NCBI GenBank assembly: GCA_964387845.1
Contig: CAYLXA010000001.1
Span: forward strand, 192,001-256,000
DNA: 64,000 nucleotides
Source: an uncultured bacterium
GTDB lineage: Bacteria > Omnitrophota > Omnitrophia > Omnitrophales > Abzuiibacteriaceae
Direction: 5' to 3'
Below, in pieces: positions 57,361-64,000 of this stretch; position 1 is the stretch's first letter, and the number at the start of each line of letters is the position of its first letter. The position numbers and the translations under genes are program-made. The notes beneath the pieces are model-generated. The model worked only from the letters and a program-made list of their open reading frames with translations, searched no databases and was not told the DNA's origin.

Positions 57361-58088
57361 CCCAAGATGGAGCGTAGAGGAATTCTGGATGCCTTATTCA
57401 TCAGCTCCGCATCTTTCTTTTTCAGTAAGAGCTCATCATAGAGCACAAAGCAAAGCTTATTCTGAGGAACTTCAATGTCCAATAGCCAGCTCTTCACCAT
57501 GTGCCAAGACAGGATATAAATCACCAGGGTGAAATCATTTAGACGGCTGTATTTCGCAAACCTTGTCTCATACCTTTCCCGTTCCCTGAAGGAATTTTCA
57601 AGTTCAATCGCAATTCTCTGCCCGCTTACTTCGATGACCGCGTCAGGAAAAAATTCCCGGTCGTGCTCTTCTTTTCTGACAACCCGTTCGCTCAGCCATT
57701 TAACACCCTTAAAGTCCCGAAACAGGCACCGCAACGTCGCCAACTTGAGCGTATGCTCTATCGTATATTGGTTGATATCCCCGATTTCTCCAAAGCCACG
57801 GTCCAGCCCTTTCTCTTTCAAGACATCTATCCCCTCAGCCGTCAGCAGAAAAAGTCTCACTTTTTCTGATTTCGCCTTCTGGACATCCAAAGTCCTAATA
57901 AATCCTGCATCAACAAGCTTGCTCAAACGCTGCCTTGCAGTTCCTGACCTCACTTCGCTGTCAGGCCAAAATGCCGAGTAAATTTGATTCGCCATCATGT
58001 ACTTTTGTTCATTCAAGTACGTGAATATCTCGATATCACGCTCTGTAATGACGACACGCCGCAATTTATCCAATAAGTTTTCAGCCAC
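57357..58088 (-). CDS. Replication-relaxation family protein (winged-helix N-terminus); candidate non-canonical relaxase/accessory factor
   Basis: N-terminal wHTH ERDIEIFTYLNEQKYMMANQIYSAF...RQRLSKLVDAGFI; 243 aa; translationally coupled to the coupling-protein gene. Confidence 0.4.
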   Translation of the reverse strand: MAENLLDKLRRVVITERDIEIFTYLNEQKYMMANQIYSAFWPDSEVRSGTARQRLSKLVDAGFIRTLDVQKAKSEKVRLFLLTAEGIDVLKEKGLDRGFGEIGDINQYTIEHTLKLATLRCLFRDFKGVKWLSERVVRKEEHDREFFPDAVIEVSGQRIAIELENSFRERERYETRFAKYSRLNDFTLVIYILSWHMVKSWLLDIEVPQNKLCFVLYDELLLKKKDAELMNKASRIPLRSILG

Positions 58089-58141
58089 AGATTCACTCCC
58101 TCGCCATGGAAAGCCGGTTGGGCCCTTCCATGGCTTGCGAA

Positions 58142-58549
58142 TTACCGAATGGCCAGATCGGCCATTTTCCTCGCTAGATTTCTTGTTTCACTGACCGTAT
58201 TGCCAATGCTCCTTAAGTCATCCCTCAAGTTCAGCTGCCTATCCTTAAACCGATTTGGCGTCTTTGGCGCTTGAACAGGCTTCATCTGATAAACTTTTGG
58301 GGCTACCGTCAAACGAGCCTCCCTTGCCGCTGGTTCAATCTTACTCACACCCGCCTCAGCGTCTTTTGTCCATTGCAATTTCATGACCTGTTTTACGAGA
58401 TAAGCAGGCAGAGTCAGCCCTATTGCCGTTGACCCGATGATCATCCAGCAAGAAATACTGATACTTACAAGCTTAACTCCTAGTTTTCTCAGCTTGAGAT
58501 CCGTACGATCAACCGTTTCACTGACTTGCTTTTCAATTTCTTTCAACAT
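58142..58549 (-). CDS. Hypothetical membrane protein
   Basis: 135 aa with one TM helix; preceded by the conserved 45-nt element. Confidence 0.35.
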   Translation of the reverse strand: MLKEIEKQVSETVDRTDLKLRKLGVKLVSISISCWMIIGSTAIGLTLPAYLVKQVMKLQWTKDAEAGVSKIEPAAREARLTVAPKVYQMKPVQAPKTPNRFKDRQLNLRDDLRSIGNTVSETRNLARKMADLAIR

Positions 58550-58629
58550 TGTGGAACTCCTTATGTGGAAGCTTTATCGCTTCAAGTCTTTCATCCAAGT
58601 TTATGCTTGGCGGTTTCTGTTTATTTTTC

Positions 58630-58674
58630 GAAATGTTCTCTCATAGATGTTGTGCAAAAACAGCCATTTCGTAA
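58630..58674. promoter_or_regulatory. Conserved ~45-nt element (copy 2), ~80 nt upstream of the 58142-58549 gene
   Basis: ctcatagatgttgtgcaaaaacAGCcatttcgtaacaagCaaatt; see copy 1. Confidence 0.5.
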
Positions 58675-58761
58675 CAAGCAAATTCAATTAACAGATGGAA
58701 AATATTTTTTTATGTCTATTAATGAACTCAATTCATTCAACTCACCACTTCCTCACGAGCA

Positions 58762-58852
58762 CCTGTCCAAAAACCCTATCTCTCTACACACACCACACCC
58801 ACTGACAAGTACCCCTCGATTACGGATGGGAGAGATAGGGTTTTTGGACGGG
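58762..58852. repeat. Long perfect inverted repeat (20-bp arms, extendable to 23 bp with one G-U pair, 45-nt loop); candidate oriT or structured RNA
   Basis: 58765-58784 gtccaaaaaccctatctctc and 58830-58849 gagagatagggtttttggac; lies in the 455-nt non-coding gap between the STAND gene and the relaxation/T4CP block. Confidence 0.6.
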
Positions 58853-59004
58853 GACTCTCCCCGACGCTTGTGCGAAGTGAGGAAGTTACGTAGAATGCTT
58901 CAGTTACGAAGGAAGCGATGAATTCAAGTTCCCCTAAGTTACAATTTTTTGCGGGGATGAATGCGGAAATTTAAAATTAAACAAACATGTTCTTACGGTA
59001 ATGC

Positions 59005-62000
59005 TTATATAGTAGCCTCTGCGTCTTGGGTAAGCTCTTGTTTCATTTGTTCATCGCCGTAATTTCCAACATCTAAATAAAATTGATGCGCAGGGTGTTC
59101 TACACTAAAAAGCTTTGCGGTTTCCTTACCGCGAGTTGCTAGATTTTGGCTCTTTGCTGAGACTTCTCCAAATGACCTTGATGATCCCCCGCTAATTGCT
59201 ATTCCAAATAGATTGGATTTTACACGTTTAAGGCATTCAGCAGATTTATTTGAAGCCAATAGAATCAACTCTCCAACAAAAGCGTGCTCGTTAAATATAA
59301 AATTATCCTCCGCGTCTCTGACTAAAAGAGATATGCCCACAAGTTTATTTACAGTAGGATTTTTAAACCACTCTTTTAATATAGCTAAAGATTTAGCCGA
59401 ATACCCATCTGAAACTGCCCGAAAAAGCTTTTCAAGCCAAAAACGATCCGCTGTTTTTGCTAAAGACAGATTTCGAACTACTCTTACGTGCTTCTCATAT
59501 CCCATCATCGTGGAAATACCTTTATAAGCAGTGTCAAATCCTAAATACGGAAGGGGCGTATAATTTTCTCTTCTTGTAAGTTTTTTGACGGGCTTAGTTG
59601 ATTGACTATATAAATAGCGTGCAACTAAAAACTCAACGGCTGCCTGCGGATATTTTCTACAAACAAAAGAAAGGAATTCCTCAACATGGAAATCCTGCCG
59701 TTCAAAGATGTTAAATTTAACCAATTTGCTTAATAAGGATTTTAATTCGGTTTCATTCAGCTTAGAAAATGGAATGCCATAGTTCTCATTATAAATTTCA
59801 AAAAATTGGTCGAGCACTATTCCTCTTTCTTTCAAATCAATGCCCACAGCAAGTTTCTTAGCAGCTTCCGCATCAACCTGCCCTAGTTTTTGAAGTGCCT
59901 GAAGCGCCGTGCCAAAAATATTGTCGTTGCTATGTTTGAGTAAATACCCTACATTCTGGATATCCTCTTTAAAGGGTTTTTCTAAAAGGCCGCCCCAAGC
60001 GTAGGCATGAGCAATGTTGTGGTAGACGATTTGCCTTTTTGTTTTTAGTCCTTGTTTAATTAACGCCCTACTGATTTCTCGATAACTTTCCAATCCATTC
60101 AAGGGCCATAAAATTGATGAGCAAAATTTTTCCACTTCACCATTCTTTCTAGCGAGGCAAAGCTTAAATAATTTTACGGCGAAATCGGGATTGAGTTTTG
60201 TAATTTGAGAAAGAAGGTAATTGGGGTTAGCTGATCTTTTGTAGTGATTTAAATCGCGTAATCTTTTTTCTAAAACCATTAACAACTGACGAGGATTCTT
60301 AGCCTGTTTCAATAAGATTTCAGCTACCCCGCTCACCTCTTTTGCCGTTATTTCAGTTTGTTTACTAAAATCATGCTTTTTATTAACAAATTCTTCGAAA
60401 TCGTGAGCTATCGCACGGACAAGACGATATTCGAAATTCTCCGGTATAAGCTCATAAATACTTTTGATTTTTTTCTTTAATTCGTCGTGCCTTCCAAACA
60501 AACTAAACCAACGAAGTTGCGATCTTACGGCAAGTCGGAAACAGGACGACTTAATGATCTTTAATTTTCTTTTAACCAATTCGAGAATTGATAACTGTTC
60601 TGGCAAATAAACATCTTGCTCTGACTTTCCAGCGCGACGACCGTATAGTCCATGAGAATAGCTCAATGCTTTTAAGAGAGTATAAAGAGCTTCCATTAAC
60701 ATCTTTGGCGGGGCATCCGGTTGGATGAAGGAGCCAAGTAATTCTATAGTGCTATTACGCAAGTTTTTCACGGCTTCGTAATTTAAAGGCAAAGACCTGA
60801 AGGACATGCTTCCTTCATCGTACGAAGACTCTTCAATCTCTTTCGCGAGGAATTCTTCCAAAATATTCAAAGGTGTATAACGGTAAATAAAGTTATTTTT
60901 CTTGGCCACGGTTTCTTTAAGGAAGGCAAAAACTTTCTTATTGTAAACAAGGGGCTTTCCGACTTGATATTCAGCCAACTCTTTTAAGATTCTAACGGAA
61001 TGCTGCGGATGAGGATTTAATTCTCTTTCGTCAGTTTTTGCAATTTCCCAGAGAATTTTACAGGCAGGAGTGACATATTCTAAATTAAAGGCTATCTTTT
61101 TTAATATAGATGGAATTTTTTCCAATACATGACGATGCTTCCAGAAATCTCCATATAATTGCTTCTTAGGATTAGGGCGTGCGGGCGCTTTAATGGCGTG
61201 GTTTACTAGCTCTAATGCTTTATCAGGTTGATAATACGCCGACTCTTCGATTTCTTCCAAGATTTTAGTTCGCTCATAATGATCAGCTTTTCTAAAATCT
61301 TCGTGGATTTTTTTCCAAACGGAACTTAAAAGATCTACATTCAAGGCATTTTTTCTTGCTCGCCACTCTACTTCAGAAATATTTTTAAGAATGTTTTTTG
61401 CTAGAGTTGATTTAAATTTCTCATACACATGATCAGCAAATTTAGTGCTTGAGCCATCTTTGGCAATACAGGCTGAGTGAAGAATATGATCACTCAATAA
61501 ATCAGGAGCAAGCCTTGCCAACGCTCCGCGTCTTATCAAAACCCCTTTTTCTTCCATCGCATCAAATGCTTTGACAATATCAAAAACAGGACACGCAAGA
61601 AGTTCGGACAATTGTTTCCGTAACTCCTCGTTATTCAATCTCACTGGGGCAAGCACAGAAAGATATTGAAGAAGCTTATCTGCTAATCCCGGATTGGAGT
61701 AATTTTCTCCTTTAAGTTCATCTATAAATTTATCTAAAACGGTTCTTTGAAATTCATCGCTTTTGCTTATTTTGTATGGATGCAGCTTTTTATCGCGAAT
61801 TAATTTGCTGGCAATTACCGCTGCCAGGGGGCAGTCTCTGGTCATAGCCACGATATATTTAATCAGGCCAGAATCATGTCCGACAATGCTTTCAACGATT
61901 TCTTCTAAATCAACCTTTTTCAAATCACTTAACTCCGGAGGCCGTTCGATTTCGTTTAACAAAAGATTTGTATGCGCCAATACACTATCGACAAATTCTT

Positions 62001-62919
62001 TTCCGCGAGGGCGAATAGACAAAATGATTTTGATTTCGTCTTTCCGTGGAGAGTTGAAAATTGATAAAAGGTTGGGAAGACTCGTATATCTATGAGCATC
62101 ATCAATAACCAAAATGCTGCGGCCAGCCGGAAGAAGAGAAATTGTTTCAGTAGTTAGAACAAAGTTTTCACGAACAAATAAGACCCTAGCCCACTCACTC
62201 ACACCCACTTCTTGTTTTTTAGAAAATTCTAATAATAATTTACTTTTACCAATGCCGCCTCTTCCCGTAAGAACGATTACCTTCTTATCCGAGTTTGCAA
62301 AAGCTTCTAGACTAGACAATTCTGAGCTACGACCGACAAGATTAATCTCATGAGAAAATAAAACATCGCGCCGTAAGAGCGTACGAAAAAAATCTTGATA
62401 CGAAACAAGCGGCCCCTTTTTTCTATCTTCAAACTCCTTATAGGCGCTTATTGCGTTTAAAAATTCCTCACGAAGCTGATCAGACTCTGAAAATCTCTTA
62501 AATGTTCGCTCTTGTGCAACCTTATCAAAAAAAGCTTGGTGTTTCTTTTTTACTTCCAGGTCTTCGTCTTTAGGCTGCCATTCTTTTCCATTCGGAGTTT
62601 TTAAAAAAACAAAAACTTTTAAGCCTAAGCGGGTAGCTCGCTCATATTCTATTTGAGTATAAGAAATGCCAGCTTTGGGATTTACGGTTCCATACAGAGG
62701 CCCGATTAACAAGACAACGCAATCAGATCCCTCTAGATGCCGAAGACACGTTTCTTCAGGCGTATCAGGACTTGAAGGAAACCATTCCATTGCAGAAAAT
62801 TCTGTACCTTGTGCCGGAGTTAAACCTAAGAGGTTATTCCGTTCATCATTTAGACCAGCTTGTGGTGAACTTAAGAAGATTTTGAACTTTTTGAGGTCAG
62901 CCATTGAAAACTCTTCCAA
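59005..62919 (-). CDS. STAND-class P-loop NTPase with DUF4062-like N-terminal domain and ~900-aa C-terminal helical-repeat domain (Avs-like candidate antiphage protein)
   Basis: N-terminus KIFLSSPQAGLNDERNNL...CLRHLEGSDCVVLLIGPLYGT...ISYTQIEYERATRLGLKVFVF (FLSS motif); Walker A VIVLTGRGGIGKSKLL, Walker B SILVIDDAHRY; the remainder is all-alpha and repetitive; 1304 aa. Confidence 0.7.
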   Translation of the reverse strand: MEEFSMADLKKFKIFLSSPQAGLNDERNNLLGLTPAQGTEFSAMEWFPSSPDTPEETCLRHLEGSDCVVLLIGPLYGTVNPKAGISYTQIEYERATRLGLKVFVFLKTPNGKEWQPKDEDLEVKKKHQAFFDKVAQERTFKRFSESDQLREEFLNAISAYKEFEDRKKGPLVSYQDFFRTLLRRDVLFSHEINLVGRSSELSSLEAFANSDKKVIVLTGRGGIGKSKLLLEFSKKQEVGVSEWARVLFVRENFVLTTETISLLPAGRSILVIDDAHRYTSLPNLLSIFNSPRKDEIKIILSIRPRGKEFVDSVLAHTNLLLNEIERPPELSDLKKVDLEEIVESIVGHDSGLIKYIVAMTRDCPLAAVIASKLIRDKKLHPYKISKSDEFQRTVLDKFIDELKGENYSNPGLADKLLQYLSVLAPVRLNNEELRKQLSELLACPVFDIVKAFDAMEEKGVLIRRGALARLAPDLLSDHILHSACIAKDGSSTKFADHVYEKFKSTLAKNILKNISEVEWRARKNALNVDLLSSVWKKIHEDFRKADHYERTKILEEIEESAYYQPDKALELVNHAIKAPARPNPKKQLYGDFWKHRHVLEKIPSILKKIAFNLEYVTPACKILWEIAKTDERELNPHPQHSVRILKELAEYQVGKPLVYNKKVFAFLKETVAKKNNFIYRYTPLNILEEFLAKEIEESSYDEGSMSFRSLPLNYEAVKNLRNSTIELLGSFIQPDAPPKMLMEALYTLLKALSYSHGLYGRRAGKSEQDVYLPEQLSILELVKRKLKIIKSSCFRLAVRSQLRWFSLFGRHDELKKKIKSIYELIPENFEYRLVRAIAHDFEEFVNKKHDFSKQTEITAKEVSGVAEILLKQAKNPRQLLMVLEKRLRDLNHYKRSANPNYLLSQITKLNPDFAVKLFKLCLARKNGEVEKFCSSILWPLNGLESYREISRALIKQGLKTKRQIVYHNIAHAYAWGGLLEKPFKEDIQNVGYLLKHSNDNIFGTALQALQKLGQVDAEAAKKLAVGIDLKERGIVLDQFFEIYNENYGIPFSKLNETELKSLLSKLVKFNIFERQDFHVEEFLSFVCRKYPQAAVEFLVARYLYSQSTKPVKKLTRRENYTPLPYLGFDTAYKGISTMMGYEKHVRVVRNLSLAKTADRFWLEKLFRAVSDGYSAKSLAILKEWFKNPTVNKLVGISLLVRDAEDNFIFNEHAFVGELILLASNKSAECLKRVKSNLFGIAISGGSSRSFGEVSAKSQNLATRGKETAKLFSVEHPAHQFYLDVGNYGDEQMKQELTQDAEATI

Positions 62920-63071
62920 TATTACTCTGGTGATTTGCGCTCTTTCTTATACATGATTCCATGACAAGAAATTATATCCTAATTTAGAGTTCCCCCATAA
63001 AACTAATTGGGGGGCAATTAGACTTAAACGAGGATCCTCACACTGCCCCAATCTCACTAGCGCGCAAAAAC

Positions 63072-63428
63072 TCACGCTGAGGAATTATCAAGTGAAATCG
63101 ATAAGAGCCAATGGCCATTGTGCTGATTTTTGATTTTTTTAAGATTTTCATACCGTTTAAACAAATCATCCGGCAAACGTTCAAGGGCGTTTTCGATATG
63201 CTTATTGACAGTCTTTGGCTTAATTTTCATGGCTTGAGCGATTTCCTTCCGCTTCATGAAAAGCGAGAGAATAAAAGACGCCTTCTGGCTTGCCGTCAGC
63301 GAACGGAATAAGACCGGAGAACGGGGATTAATCTTTTCAGAGAACACGCGAGAGTTTGATTGGTCTCGCTCCTGCTCTCTGACAAGTTGTTCTAATTCCG
63401 GTGAAAACTTTTTAAATTGTTTTGGCAT
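63072..63428 (-). CDS. Small sigma-70 region-4-like HTH regulator
   Basis: LTASQKASFILSLFMKRKEIAQAMKIKPKTVNKHIENALERL; 118 aa. Confidence 0.5.
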   Translation of the reverse strand: MPKQFKKFSPELEQLVREQERDQSNSRVFSEKINPRSPVLFRSLTASQKASFILSLFMKRKEIAQAMKIKPKTVNKHIENALERLPDDLFKRYENLKKIKNQHNGHWLLSISLDNSSA

Positions 63429-63576
63429 AAGTTCTGAGAAATAAAACCGATTTCCTCAGAAGTCTCTTATGCCTGGCCGGCTTGCTGGAACGCGCTTCCT
63501 TTTGATCAAAATCAAAAGGCCAGCAGCGCTCCTGCCTCCAGCGTTAAGCCGACTTTCTGAAAACTTAGTTGGACTT

Positions 63577-63766
63577 TTACACGATAAGCCTGATTGGACT
63601 GTCCACGATTATTTCAGCGCGGACACCGAAACGGCCGGGTCGATCTATTCGTTGCTTGGGGACAATGGCGAGCTTGCCATTAATAATCTTAAGCCTGACT
63701 TCGCCAAATTCTACTTCCCCAAGAAAGTCTTCCATCTTTATTTCGGGGTGATCCATTTCTCTTGGC
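63577..63766 (-). CDS. Small hypothetical protein (start taken at MDHPEIK)
   Basis: Strong RBS AAAGGAGGTG 9 nt upstream of the ATG at 63766; about 62 aa. Confidence 0.35.
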
Positions 63767-64000
63767 ACCTCCTTTTCTGTTGAAAGCTGTTATAAAAATC
63801 CAGTTTGAGCATTTTGAATATGACTCAACTTTAATCGGCGATGATGCACTGGTCAAGAAAATCGGTGCACATTTTGAGAGTTATCTACTCACAGTAGATG
63901 AATATCCATCCACACTAGATATTTTTTAGACAAAGATTTGCAAAAGCTTTTTATAAAGTCGGGTGATTTATCTGTAACGATGACTAACCTAACCTACGCA

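Larger units (their letters stand above)
37521..64000. mobile_element. Integrative conjugative element (partial; extends beyond the window end) inserted at a tRNA-Met 3' end: integrase, Xis-like HTHs, cargo glycan module, P-type T4SS, coupling protein, relaxation protein, accessory/defence-like genes
   Basis: A tRNA fragment plus an adjacent tyrosine integrase at one end. Every gene from 37648 to 63428 is on the minus strand. VirB2/3/4/5/6/8/9/10 and VirD4 homologues are present. The region is visibly more AT-rich than the flanking backbone (by eye, not computed). No second att copy was found before 64000. Confidence 0.8.

Overview
This looks like a bacterial chromosome, probably a Gram-negative, with an integrative conjugative element (ICE) occupying the last ~26.5 kb of the window. 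Positions 1-37.5 kb are ordinary backbone: ruvA-ruvC-yebC-folP-ftsH-tilS-aroD and a tRNA(CAU); htrA-like protease; a PEP synthetase/pyruvate phosphate dikinase regulatory protein (PSRP); a PAS histidine kinase; pepF; an ECF sigma/anti-sigma pair; tpx, orn, cyaY; a SWIB-domain protein; a giant HEAT-repeat protein; metH, msrA, hemW, uppP. At 37521-37565 there is a 45-nt tRNA-fMet-like 3' fragment with no 5' half, immediately followed by a tyrosine integrase. From there to the window end I read a partial ICE: two Xis/AlpA-like HTH genes; a cargo module of NDP-sugar nucleotidyltransferase, HlyD-family protein, OpgH-like GT2 synthase and TolC-like protein; two PC4-like ssDNA-binding paralogs; a contiguous P-type T4SS core (VirB2,3,4,5,6,8,9,10 = TrbC,D,E,J,L,F,G,I) with overlapping start/stop codons; a LuxR-type regulator; a class-II glutamine amidotransferase + Zn-ribbon amidoligase pair; a VirD4/TraG coupling protein; a replication-relaxation-family protein; repeated regulatory DNA elements; and a 1304-aa STAND NTPase with a DUF4062-like N-terminus and a long helical-repeat C-terminus (Avs-like candidate defence gene). 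The second att site and the intact tRNA are not in the window. All calls rest on reading the supplied translations and DNA by eye; no database searches were run.
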